Source: an uncultured Pseudomonadales bacterium
GTDB taxonomy: Bacteria > Patescibacteriota > Microgenomatia > UBA1400 > PJMF01
Direction: 5' to 3'
Length of the DNA: 64,000 nucleotides
NCBI GenBank assembly: GCA_964457085.1
Contig: CAYWDM010000001.1
Coordinates: 178,914-242,913, forward strand
In this document: in pieces, positions 40,750-49,887 of the stretch
Layout of the letters: every line of letters begins with the position of its first letter
Position numbering within the stretch: the stretch's first letter is position 1
Translations under genes and position numbers: made by a program
Notes under the pieces: generated by a model
Seen by the model: only the letters and a program-made list of their open reading frames with translations
What the model was told of the DNA's origin: nothing
The model's database searches: none

Positions 40750-41781
40750 CTATTTAGTCGCTCGACTGACTGACATAACTTCCTCACCAAATCGAGCTGC
40801 AAACTTTTCCGCAATATAACTCGTAAGCTTATCATTGGGATGGAAAACATCTTCTCCTGGAAAGACGTAGTAGTCACCGGTTGTTGAATCGACTGCCCAG
40901 TTATAGACGGGTAGTGCATGCAACTCCTGTGATATGAACAGTTGCTGATACAGCAAATCATTAAAGTCCTGCTTTGATGAGTACACATTGTCATAGTAAA
41001 TAAAAAAAGTCGGTATATTTTGCCCGTCTAGTTTAGTTTCAGCAATTTGTTGGAGTAGTGCACCGGAAATTTTAAGATCGTACCCTGAATTAACAGCCAA
41101 CTGATGCCGAACTCTCTCTAAAAGCAACTTCGCTGCCACAATGATTTTTATTTCTCGAGACTCATCGATTTCTTCTGGATAGCTCCTAAATCGCAACTCA
41201 TTATCAATGAGCACCGACACAGGTTTTGTACCGATAAAACGTAGACACCTAGAAGTGGCTCTACGATCTTGATTTAGATTGCGATTACTGTGATCGGCAA
41301 TGTACGTCATCACTACTGCAGATGGCCGAATATATTCGATAAGTTGTTGTAGTCTCAAGTTTGCTTGATCTGTGCCATACCCTTCTACGGCAGCATTGAC
41401 GATTGAAAATCTATCTTCGAGTAACGTCCCAATTTTAGCTGCATAGGTTTGTCTATAGTTGAGACCGTACCCAAAAGTCACTGAGTCGCCAATAAATAAA
41501 ATTCTCGGTTTTGAAAAATCAACACCTTGCTTGGCAATTGGAGCACGCAACCCAAACTCATCAAAGTGATAAACAACTCCTCGATTTGAGTAGGTTTTGC
41601 TTGGTTGCCAAACCCAACCAAGATCATCATCAAACACTCCCATTTTTGTCTCGTCAGGTTCAAGCACTTTCTGACAACCAATATAGGGATAATTGGAAAT
41701 TCGCAGCAACAACTCTAAACCGGCCACAGTGCAGATTGCTAAAAATAGTTTGATCACCAATTGATATGCCGCTCGATTCAC
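40750..41781 (-). CDS. Membrane-anchored SGNH-hydrolase-like protein
   Basis: An N-terminal TM helix is followed by ILFIGDSVTFGYG (GDS block I). Confidence 0.5.
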   Translation of the reverse strand: MNRAAYQLVIKLFLAICTVAGLELLLRISNYPYIGCQKVLEPDETKMGVFDDDLGWVWQPSKTYSNRGVVYHFDEFGLRAPIAKQGVDFSKPRILFIGDSVTFGYGLNYRQTYAAKIGTLLEDRFSIVNAAVEGYGTDQANLRLQQLIEYIRPSAVVMTYIADHSNRNLNQDRRATSRCLRFIGTKPVSVLIDNELRFRSYPEEIDESREIKIIVAAKLLLERVRHQLAVNSGYDLKISGALLQQIAETKLDGQNIPTFFIYYDNVYSSKQDFNDLLYQQLFISQELHALPVYNWAVDSTTGDYYVFPGEDVFHPNDKLTSYIAEKFAARFGEEVMSVSRATK

Positions 41782-41875
41782 TCGATAACTATATCACAAA
41801 ACATCAGGCGACGACCAAATCTCGCTCTATAAAAGTGTTTTCAACTCCACCCGAGGTCTGGTATAGTACTAAGAT

Positions 41876-42547
41876 ATGTTGTCTGGAATAATTCAACCCT
41901 TTATCAATCTACTGTACCGCATCTCAGAGATACTCCCTCTGCCTTGGTTTACTTTTCTAGGAGCCCTGATTGAGGAAGTTATCGCACCGATTCCATCACC
42001 TTTAGTGATGACGTTAGCTGGTTCAATGGCTGCTTCCCAAAAAAACACCTGGATGTATTTACTACTCTTGTCATTGTTTGGGGCTATTGGCAAAACTATC
42101 GGCAGTTACCTCATTTACCTGTTTGCAGATAAAGGAGAAGACTTAGTCACCAATAAACTAGGTAAATTTCTCGGCGTCTCACATAAAGAAATCGAGGCAA
42201 TTGGCAAACACCTTAACAAAGGTTGGCGTGATGTAATCGTGCTATTTCTGCTCAGAGCTATCCCCATCATGCCCACTGCACCTGTTTCAATCGTATGCGG
42301 TCTCATCAAAATTAATTTACGCACTTACCTTACTTCTACATTTCTAGGCACCTTAGTCCGCAACATTTTTTATCTCTACCTTGGCTTTACCAGCGTCAAT
42401 GCACTTGAGTCACTCAATGAAGGTATTGATAGCTTAGAGAAGTTTGGATACCTCATTTTAATCATTCTAGTGGCTGCAATCATGGGCTTCATCTATTATC
42501 AGCGAAAAAAAGATGGTGCTATCTCCTTTTTGGAGAAGTCAAAATAA
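41876..42547 (+). CDS. DedA/SNARE-associated (TVP38) family membrane protein
   Basis: 223 aa with about 5 TM helices and a DedA-like re-entrant loop pattern. Confidence 0.55.
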   Translation: MLSGIIQPFINLLYRISEILPLPWFTFLGALIEEVIAPIPSPLVMTLAGSMAASQKNTWMYLLLLSLFGAIGKTIGSYLIYLFADKGEDLVTNKLGKFLGVSHKEIEAIGKHLNKGWRDVIVLFLLRAIPIMPTAPVSIVCGLIKINLRTYLTSTFLGTLVRNIFYLYLGFTSVNALESLNEGIDSLEKFGYLILIILVAAIMGFIYYQRKKDGAISFLEKSK

Positions 42548-42779
42548 CTCCAAATCACTTCAATCCGTTTGAGAGCTATGAATTCTTGCCTGCTTAGCAA
42601 CTCTTTTTATGGTCTTGCTTTCCTGATCTAAAGAAAAAAATGGCAGTTACCATTACTCAATCATTCTCTTTCGGTTGCAATTCGTAAATTTGACATATTA
42701 AGCGATACTTTGTCATATTGTTGTTTGTGCTTTTTTCGCTTATTCTTTGGTAAGTATTTGGGTTAAGTAAGGTTAAACT

Positions 42780-43400
42780 ATGGCTATTACACTTTATAAG
42801 CGTCAACGACAAATTGTAGATTTCATTGCACAGTATATCCAGAGAAATGGATATTCACCCACGCTGAGAGAAATCGCTGAAGCACTTGGTGTTTCATCAT
42901 TGGCAACAGTTCATGAGCATTTACAAGCATTGCAGCGTAAGAAAATCATTAAAAAACATGAAGGCACTGTCCGTGGTATCGAATTGGTGGATCGCACCTT
43001 CATCAAGATCAATGATACTGTCGATTTGCCATTTTTGGGTTTCATCGCTGCTGGCTCACCAATCGAAACCAATACCGACACCAACGCTACTTTTAAAGTA
43101 TCACCCGAACTAATTAGTGGTAAGAAACGTGCCTATGTGCTTCAAGTCAAAGGCAAGTCGATGATTGAAGATCACATTGAAGATGGTGATTACATCGTCG
43201 TGGAGGAGACTGAAAGTGTTGGTAATGGCGACATCGTAGTTGCATTACTCGACAATGGTCTGGCAACTGTCAAGCGATTTTATAAGGAAGTGACTCGGAT
43301 TCGACTAGAACCAGCCAATTCATCAATGAGCCCAATCTATGCCACCAATGTTCAGATCCAAGGTAGAGTAGTGGGATTAATTCGCAAATTCCGGTATTAA
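42780..43400 (+). CDS. lexA: LexA repressor (S24 peptidase)
   Basis: An N-terminal winged HTH (SPTLREIAEALGVSSLATVHEHL) is followed by a cleavage/catalytic domain with AG, GKSM (Ser) and VKR (Lys). Confidence 0.9.
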   Translation: MAITLYKRQRQIVDFIAQYIQRNGYSPTLREIAEALGVSSLATVHEHLQALQRKKIIKKHEGTVRGIELVDRTFIKINDTVDLPFLGFIAAGSPIETNTDTNATFKVSPELISGKKRAYVLQVKGKSMIEDHIEDGDYIVVEETESVGNGDIVVALLDNGLATVKRFYKEVTRIRLEPANSSMSPIYATNVQIQGRVVGLIRKFRY

Positions 43401-43411
43401 AACGAGAGTGT

Positions 43412-43915
43412 TCACTCCTGTTTCTTTACAGGCAAATTATTCAATCCCATTTTGGCCAATCGCACCCAAGTTCCTTCAGTAAAAAGGAAGAAAAACAAAA
43501 GGTACACGGCTAATTCAGGAGCAGTCTGTAACAATTCTGGTAAGTTTCTAATCGACTCAACCAAAAAATCTGGAACGTGAATTGTTGAATACATCTGAGC
43601 GAGCAGCTCAAATGCAGGCTGCATTTGTTCCATCTGTTGTAAAACTGAATCTAAGATGACTAAAGGCGGTACTGCCAAACCGATCTCCACTGCGGCAGAT
43701 AACCAAAGTGGTTTTTCTTCAAGGTACTGCCCAACAACTCTGCGAAGTGCTAAATAACCGCCAATTGCCAAAGCGGTGCCAGGCTCCTGCGAAGACAAGC
43801 CGGCGGTTAAACCTATGGTTGTACCTGTAAAAATAGCCCTCATTGCTGTTCTGATGCGAGGTAAACTCAACTCTGTACTCTTCTCAGGTACTGGAATATT
43901 CTTCAGTTCGCTCAT
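43412..43915 (-). CDS. Hypothetical protein with hydrophobic segments
   Basis: The track ORF is 43412..43981. The start was moved to an internal Met to avoid overlap with the upstream gene's stop. Confidence 0.35.
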   Translation of the reverse strand: MSELKNIPVPEKSTELSLPRIRTAMRAIFTGTTIGLTAGLSSQEPGTALAIGGYLALRRVVGQYLEEKPLWLSAAVEIGLAVPPLVILDSVLQQMEQMQPAFELLAQMYSTIHVPDFLVESIRNLPELLQTAPELAVYLLFFFLFTEGTWVRLAKMGLNNLPVKKQE

Positions 43916-43922
43916 ACTGACT

Positions 43923-44561
43923 TTAGACTTTTTTTCGAATGAAAAAATGCTCGTGCGTCGAGTCAGCATGGTTTGCGGCACAGCGCAATAGATATAAGTA
44001 GTCTGACAATCGATTTAAAAATTTAAGTGCTGAAGGAAAAGCAACTCCAGCCACCAGCCATCGACGCTCTACACGACGACAGACTGAGCGCGCCAAATCA
44101 ATTCGAGCAGCCAATCGACTGCCGCCAGGATACACAAAATTTTGATGCCAACTTTCAGCGAGTAGCTCTTCAAGCTGTTTTTCACGCTTTTCGAGCTTTT
44201 TCAGCATCACCTCGGACTCCTTAACTTTTGACGACAAACTCACCAACGCTCCCAGAATAAACAGCTGTTCTTGTACTTCTAATATAAAACTGCTTTCGGC
44301 TTTTTCGGTAAACCATTGCGAACAGGCAAGTGCTAGAGGCAGTTCTTTGGTTTTGGCTGGTTGACGACGATGTTTCTCGATTAGCCACTCCTTCATCTCA
44401 ATCACTACTAAGCCAAGCCACGAATTTAATTCGTCGAGTTCCCCAAGTACTTCAATCACAGGATTGGTCTTAGCGACACGTTGTCCATTTGCCAAACCTG
44501 TCTGACCACTGTCTCCAGTTTTAGTTGAGATACTGAGGGGAGGGGTTTTTTTACTCACCAT
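43923..44561 (-). CDS. PduO-type ATP:cob(I)alamin adenosyltransferase family protein
   Basis: The N-terminal ISTKTGDSGQTGL matches the family N-terminal motif. A helical bundle follows. Confidence 0.7.
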   Translation of the reverse strand: MVSKKTPPLSISTKTGDSGQTGLANGQRVAKTNPVIEVLGELDELNSWLGLVVIEMKEWLIEKHRRQPAKTKELPLALACSQWFTEKAESSFILEVQEQLFILGALVSLSSKVKESEVMLKKLEKREKQLEELLAESWHQNFVYPGGSRLAARIDLARSVCRRVERRWLVAGVAFPSALKFLNRLSDYLYLLRCAANHADSTHEHFFIRKKV

Positions 44562-44681
44562 ATATGGTAATTATACCCAACAATCCTATCCATATTAACT
44601 GTGTAACTGATGCAAACAGATTCAGATGTGAGATTTTTTGCCCCTTCACGATATGGCAGGTGCTGTCTAGAATAATGCTCC

Positions 44682-46391
44682 ATGAGTATTCATGGCATTT
44701 TAGGTTATTCTGCTGGTAAAACCAGTCATTCTACTAAGTACGTATTTGTGTCAGGCGGTGTGCTTTCCGGACTCGGAAAAGGCATTACTGCGGCATCGTT
44801 GGGTGTCTTGCTCAAAGAGCAAGGATATAGCGTCACCAACATTAAATGCGAAAATTACCTCAATCTTGATTCCGGCAATATCAATCCTGTCGAGCATGGA
44901 GACGTTTTTCTCTGTGAGGATGGACTAGAAGCAGATCTCGATTTAGGTTCATACGAGCGTTTCTTAAACCAAGAGGTGGGGCATCGCAACTTCACCACCA
45001 TGGGCCAAATTTATCAGACCATTATTGAAAACACTAAAAACCTCCAATTTGGCGGTGTGACAGTTGATGCTATTCCATACGTGCCAGAAGAAGCAATTCG
45101 CCGGATTAAAGAGGCTGCAGTTGGCTATGACATCTGTCTGATTGAGCTTGGTGGTACTGCTGGTGAATACCAGAACATGATCTACTACGAAGCCTATCGG
45201 ATCATGAAGATGAGCTTGCCTAAAGATTTAATCATCTGTCATGTTACCTATTTCCCAGCACCAAGCCATATTAATGAGCTCAAATCCAAACCAACACAAT
45301 TGTCTGTCCGCTCACTCAATTCCATGGGTATTCAGCCAGACTTCATTGTCGGTCGTGCTGCACTTGCAATTGATGACAAACGCAAAGAAAAAACTGCCTA
45401 TTACTGTAACGTCAATAAAGATGATGTCATCTCCAATCCAGACAGTGAAACAATTTACCAGATTCCGTTGATCTTTCATGAGCAACAATTCGAGCAAAAA
45501 GTGCTCGCCAAACTCGGCTTGCCAAGCAAAAACATCAAGCTTGAGGCTTGGCATAAACTGGTCGACCGAGTTCTCTCCAAAAAAGACAAACAAGTAACCG
45601 TCTCGATCATCGCCAAGTATATTGCCACTGGCGACTACGAGCTTAAAGATTCATACACATCACTAATCGAATCATTACACCACGCTAGTTGGAGTAACAA
45701 TGTGGGTCTAAACATTGAGTTTATCAATGCCGAAGACTTAGAAAAGAACAAACCTGAAGCAATTGCACAGCTACATGCATCGCAAGGAATTGTGGTGCCA
45801 ATTGGTTGGGGTGGTCGGGGAGTAGAGGGTAAAATCCAAGCAATTCAATACGCTCGCGAACAAAAGATTCCCTATCTCGGGCTCTGCTACGGTATGCAAT
45901 TAGCCTCTATTGAGTTTGCTCGGCATGTAGTCGGTCTGGGCGGTGCTAACACCACTGAGGTGGACCCAAAGACGGCATACCCAATCATTCACGACATTCC
46001 ATTTGATGAAAAATACCAACGAATTAAGGGAGATGGTGCCAGCATGAGACTTGGTGCATATGACTGTATCCTCAAACCTGGAACCCTAGCACACGAAATC
46101 TACACCAAACATCATGCCTTCAAAGATGAGAAAAAGAATTTAATCTCAGAGCGTCATCGTCATCGCTATGAGTTTAATAATGATTTCCGCAAACAATTAG
46201 AAGAGAAAGGTTTTGTGATTTCTGGCACGAGTCCCGATGATTTTTTCGTCGAGATGATTGAACTGCCAAAAGAGCTGCATCCCTTTTTCATTGCTACCCA
46301 AGCTCATCCAGAATATAAATCGAAACCCCTAGCACCACATCCAATCTTTGTGGAGTTTTTGAGAGAAGTGGCGGCTACAGAAGTTGCCTGA
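44682..46391 (+). CDS. pyrG: CTP synthase
   Basis: The N-terminal synthetase domain has KYVFVSGGVLSGLGKGITAAS. The C-terminal GATase domain has GLCYGMQ (catalytic Cys). Confidence 0.95.
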   Translation: MSIHGILGYSAGKTSHSTKYVFVSGGVLSGLGKGITAASLGVLLKEQGYSVTNIKCENYLNLDSGNINPVEHGDVFLCEDGLEADLDLGSYERFLNQEVGHRNFTTMGQIYQTIIENTKNLQFGGVTVDAIPYVPEEAIRRIKEAAVGYDICLIELGGTAGEYQNMIYYEAYRIMKMSLPKDLIICHVTYFPAPSHINELKSKPTQLSVRSLNSMGIQPDFIVGRAALAIDDKRKEKTAYYCNVNKDDVISNPDSETIYQIPLIFHEQQFEQKVLAKLGLPSKNIKLEAWHKLVDRVLSKKDKQVTVSIIAKYIATGDYELKDSYTSLIESLHHASWSNNVGLNIEFINAEDLEKNKPEAIAQLHASQGIVVPIGWGGRGVEGKIQAIQYAREQKIPYLGLCYGMQLASIEFARHVVGLGGANTTEVDPKTAYPIIHDIPFDEKYQRIKGDGASMRLGAYDCILKPGTLAHEIYTKHHAFKDEKKNLISERHRHRYEFNNDFRKQLEEKGFVISGTSPDDFFVEMIELPKELHPFFIATQAHPEYKSKPLAPHPIFVEFLREVAATEVA

Positions 46392-46466
46392 GTCTTGTCT
46401 TGCAAGACCAGGTATCACCAGTTATAATGGCAACCTGTCATCCATCGAGTATTTTGGAAAGAAATC

Positions 46467-46820
46467 ATGGCAAATAGTTTTACATATCAAGAACAAACCA
46501 TTAACGTAGGTGACACTGTTCAGGTTCACCAAGAAATTACTGAAGGCGTAAAGAAGCGTATCCAGATCTTCGAAGGTTTGGTTATCGCAATCCGCAACAG
46601 TGATGTTAACAAGAGTTTCACGGTTCGCAAAATTGCCGTAGGCAGTATTGGCGTTGAGAAAATCATCCCAGTAATGTCACCAGCTACCAAAAAGATCGTT
46701 GTTAAACGTCAGGGTGATGTCAAACGCGCAAAGCTATACTTCCTCCGTGACAAGATCGGTAAAGCAGCCACTCGAGTTAAAGAGAAGAGTCTCCACACTC
46801 AGGCAGAGAAAAAAGCCTAA
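46467..46820 (+). CDS. rplS: 50S ribosomal protein L19
   Basis: 117 aa with characteristic L19 sequence ([14 protein letters not shown]...RIQIFEG). Confidence 0.95.
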   Translation: MANSFTYQEQTINVGDTVQVHQEITEGVKKRIQIFEGLVIAIRNSDVNKSFTVRKIAVGSIGVEKIIPVMSPATKKIVVKRQGDVKRAKLYFLRDKIGKAATRVKEKSLHTQAEKKA

Positions 46821-47226
46821 TTTCAATCTTGGATTTTCCGGAGAAGACAGTGCATTTCATTGGCTCATTAGCCATGGTTTATTAGTGATTGACCGCAATC
46901 TAATGGTGCTTGGGAGCGAAATTGACATTTTGGCATTTCGAGAAATTGATTTCACTCTGCTGCTTTTTGAGGTAAAAACTCGAAGTAATAGCTTATTCTG
47001 TCACCCAACACAGGCGGTTAATTGGAAAAAAACTTGGAAAATGTGGCAAGCAGGGGAGTGGATGCTTGATAATTGGCTCAACTATTGCCAGTGGTTTGCA
47101 TCAAATGTCCCGGAGTTTGCACCAATTAACAAAACAAACCCCAGTCTGGTCTTTCCTAAAACCGCTCAATTTGCTATCATATCGGTTATCGGAAACCAGA
47201 TTGACTGTTTCTCCCCGAACTGGTAA
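46699..47226 (+). CDS. YraN/UPF0102-family putative endonuclease (start uncertain; probably begins near the rplS stop)
   Basis: [20 protein letters not shown]...GSEIDILAF...FEVKTR matches the YraN pattern. The track ORF overlaps rplS in another frame, and no canonical start is visible near the expected position. Confidence 0.5.
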   Translation: MLNVRVMSNAQSYTSSVTRSVKQPLELKRRVSTLRQRKKPNFNLGFSGEDSAFHWLISHGLLVIDRNLMVLGSEIDILAFREIDFTLLLFEVKTRSNSLFCHPTQAVNWKKTWKMWQAGEWMLDNWLNYCQWFASNVPEFAPINKTNPSLVFPKTAQFAIISVIGNQIDCFSPNW

Positions 47227-47256
47227 TTAACAAGCTAAGATCGCCGGACACCAAAC

Positions 47257-47328
47257 GGCCCCATCGTCTAGTGGTTAGGACAGCGGGTTTTCATCCCGCT
47301 AACTCGGGTTCGATTCCCGATGGGGTCA
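47257..47328 (+). tRNA. tRNA-Glu (anticodon TTC); CCA not encoded
   Basis: GGCCCCATCGTCTAGTGGTTAGGACAGCGGGTTTTCATCCCGCTAACTCGGGTTCGATTCCCGATGGGGTCA folds as a cloverleaf. The anticodon loop is TTTTCAT. Confidence 0.9.
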
Positions 47329-47334
47329 CTCGTG

Positions 47335-47363
47335 AAAAAAGATCCATTTATGGATCTTTTTTT
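47335..47363. terminator. Rho-independent terminator after tRNA-Glu (first copy of a duplicated ~45-nt segment)
   Basis: Sequence aaaaaagatcca ttta tggatcttttttt. Confidence 0.6.
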
Positions 47364-47439
47364 ATGACTGAACGTCATAGCTGAATCAAATCGTTGAGCG
47401 TAGCGAATCCAGGGTTCCGCTTCCGAGTATGCAATACAC

Positions 47440-47456
47440 GGTTAGTCCCGATGGGG
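47440..47456. repeat. Degenerate copy of the tRNA-Glu 3' end (ggttagtcccgatgggg)
   Basis: It matches tRNA positions ggttcgattcccgatgggg with a 2-nt deletion. It lies 112 bp downstream of the tRNA. Confidence 0.6.
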
Positions 47457-47606
47457 CGACGGCAAGCGAAATCGTGTAATTGTTGGGAGTATTTGGCGTT
47501 AGTATTGGATAGCTACTGTTTTTGATCTAAGGGTTTAAAAAAATTTACAAAGATATTTAGCTCTGCTACACTTTGAATCACTAGCAAATATTGAAACGGA
47601 AATCAT

Positions 47607-48350
47607 ATGACCGAATTAGAGCAAGTTGTCACAGCTAAAGATGAGGCCGCTAGAAAACAGGTATGCAGAGATCTTGAATTATTACCAGCAGATACAAAAA
47701 AAATTATTACTGTGGATGAAGTTATTTCTGGACTCATTGCTGCTGGTGCATCTGCGGATGCTGCAAAGATAATGGCTCCAGCCATAGTTAAAGAAGTGAA
47801 CGGCGGAGGTAAAAAAAGAATTAGCATACAAGATCTCCACAAAAAGTGGGATACGAGCGAATTGTTAGATGGTGCTTACGAAGGCTTACGGGCAGAAGTT
47901 ACCCCAGAAATGGAATCATATACGCCAGCGTTTGATACCGATGATCAGCCAGAGCATTTTTTTGCGGACAAAGAAGAAATCTATTTTGCACAACGAACTC
48001 TCGATGTGAGAAGGGTTGAGGGTTTTACTCCAGATACACTAGAAAGATGTAGAAACTTTTTACAAAGTGCTTTTGATCTGATGCCAGAAGGAAAATACTT
48101 AGCAGAAGATTTTATTTTTCGAGATGGTGAACAAAACGCAGCAATGTTGAGTAAAGATAGAAATGAGGCAACGTTTAGAAATATTTTCTGCCCAATTATT
48201 GACGCAATGAGTAGAATGGGTTTAACACCGCGTGAAATATATGACATGTTTCCACAGCAATCGTATAAGATAGCAGTTTTGTTTGGCAGTGTCGGAGAAA
48301 ATGAACGACAACACGAGAGTTTTGAAGCAATAAAAACTGGCACGCATTAG
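47607..48350 (+). CDS. Hypothetical protein (module 1 cargo)
   Basis: 247 aa. An N-terminal segment ITVDEVISGLIAAGASADAAKIM is shared with the 99-aa ORF downstream. Confidence 0.4.
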   Translation: MTELEQVVTAKDEAARKQVCRDLELLPADTKKIITVDEVISGLIAAGASADAAKIMAPAIVKEVNGGGKKRISIQDLHKKWDTSELLDGAYEGLRAEVTPEMESYTPAFDTDDQPEHFFADKEEIYFAQRTLDVRRVEGFTPDTLERCRNFLQSAFDLMPEGKYLAEDFIFRDGEQNAAMLSKDRNEATFRNIFCPIIDAMSRMGLTPREIYDMFPQQSYKIAVLFGSVGENERQHESFEAIKTGTH

Positions 48351-48522
48351 ATTACTGAGTAAATACGAAACTTTTATTCCGCAACAACACTTTTTACCAA
48401 AAAGTATTACTAACATGCAGGATTGAAATTGCTAATAAAAAATATGGCTAGTACCATTTTGCTAAAATCTACCAAATAGAACAACTAATTCCGTGAGGTT
48501 GTACTAGTTTGATCTACTCAAG

Positions 48523-48637
48523 CTCACTCGTAAAAAATATCCATTTATGGATCTTTTTTTATGACTTGAATCGCATGGTAGGAAACAAACACTTGGTTCT
48601 GCCATCGAACGCAAAGCGCCCGAGTAATCCCGATGGG
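48523..48637. repeat. Second copy of the tRNA-Glu-proximal module: duplicated terminator segment plus a second tRNA 3' fragment (aatcccgatggggggg)
   Basis: 48523-48570 reads ctcactcgtaaaaaatatccatttatggatctttttttatgactt, matching 47325-47368. 48626-48637 reads aatcccgatggg, matching the tRNA 3' end. Confidence 0.6.
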
Positions 48638-48706
48638 GGGGAAATCAAAAATTGACACCCATGAATGCTACAATTGATTTGTATCAAATTAAATTGAAAA
48701 GTCTGT

Positions 48707-49006
48707 ATGGGAGAAATTACAAAAGATAATCCAATTAAAAGAGCTGATGTTGAAGCTCAAATTGCTGTCCAAAGAGATCCTAAATGGGACGCAAATAATT
48801 TCAGTAGAGAAAATATCAAAGCTGACTTAATATTGCATGGTGCTTCTGCAGAGGCGGCCGAGCTGATGCTTGATCTAACAATGGAAAATATACATAAAAA
48901 TATCATTGAGACAGCGGAACATGATATGCAAAGACTGGAGAGATTGCGTGTGTCAGAAAATATTCGTCGAGCTGGAACAGCTGCTCCTCAAATCCCTAAG
49001 TATTAA
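48707..49006 (+). CDS. Hypothetical protein (module 2 cargo), a paralog of the N-terminal region of the 47607..48350 product
   Basis: 99 aa. IKADLILHGASAEAAELM aligns with VISGLIAAGASADAAKIM at about 55% identity over 18 aa. Confidence 0.4.
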   Translation: MGEITKDNPIKRADVEAQIAVQRDPKWDANNFSRENIKADLILHGASAEAAELMLDLTMENIHKNIIETAEHDMQRLERLRVSENIRRAGTAAPQIPKY

Positions 49007-49021
49007 AATACTCTATTACGC

Positions 49022-49372
49022 ATGCACAAAAATCACCTCAAAGCAGCTCATCTCTTCGCTCGCCTAATGGATAGTCAATTTTCATTTTTTGGTATTAAAT
49101 TTGGATTTGATTCTATTTTGGGAATTACTCCTGGTGTTGGTGATACAGTTAGCATGTTACTTTCACTTTATTTAATTTGGATTGGTGTTGAGCTGAAACT
49201 GCCAACAAAAAAAATTGTTGAAATGCTTCGCAATATCTTAATTGATACATTAATTGGTGCAGTTCCGATAATTGGAGACGTCAGCGATATTTTTATTAAA
49301 TCAAATAACAAAAACGTACGGATATTAGAAGAGTTTGCAAATAGTACTCAGTCAAACCAGGGAAGACCTTAA
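49022..49372 (+). CDS. DUF4112-family small membrane protein
   Basis: The FGFDSILGITPGVGD motif is followed by two TM helices. Confidence 0.5.
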   Translation: MHKNHLKAAHLFARLMDSQFSFFGIKFGFDSILGITPGVGDTVSMLLSLYLIWIGVELKLPTKKIVEMLRNILIDTLIGAVPIIGDVSDIFIKSNNKNVRILEEFANSTQSNQGRP

Positions 49373-49578
49373 CTAATTCCAACTACCCGAAAAGCATCAC
49401 CCTTTGGGCAATTATTTGGGATAGGACCTTTTTTATTGACCTTCTTATTGGTCTCACTGGCATCAGAAGAATTATAGAGAGTGGCGAGATAACAGTAGGC
49501 TGCCACAATTAGGTCTTTTTCCCATACTGAGTCGTCAGGTTTTATATCATCCTCAACACCATCAGGCGTATTGATCAT
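49369..49578 (-). CDS. Small hypothetical ORF
   Basis: 69 aa, with no other support. Confidence 0.2.
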   Translation of the reverse strand: MINTPDGVEDDIKPDDSVWEKDLIVAAYCYLATLYNSSDASETNKKVNKKGPIPNNCPKGDAFRVVGIS

Positions 49579-49887
49579 ACCTCGCTTGAATGGGACTCCC
49601 TACATGCAGGATCGTTTTGGTTTATCCAGATTCCTAATTCCACATTGGCATTGTATCAAAAATAAGTCCCATAGTAAATATTTATGTGCTCTGAGTCGAA
49701 AGAGCTTAAATTTTAACCAGTGAGATAAAAAAATGTAACTTTACCTCAACATACATTTCCAATCCAAGTTAAAATGTACCCATGGGATTACTCTCATTAC
49801 TTTTACTTGCTGGTGGAGTCTATGTTTTCAGTAGATACAAAAACAAGAAAAAAACAGACCTTAAATTAAACAATAAACCAAATACTG

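Noticed and set aside
42628-42660. A palindromic SOS box upstream of lexA.
   Set aside because: No CGAAC-N4-GTTCG-like or CTGT-N8-ACAG-like palindrome is present. Only a direct repeat was found, and it is reported as a low-interest finding.
43412-43981. The full-length 189-aa track ORF overlapping the PduO-like gene by ~59 nt.
   Set aside because: The overlap is removed if translation starts at the internal Met (MSELKNIP). The longer N-terminus has no support.
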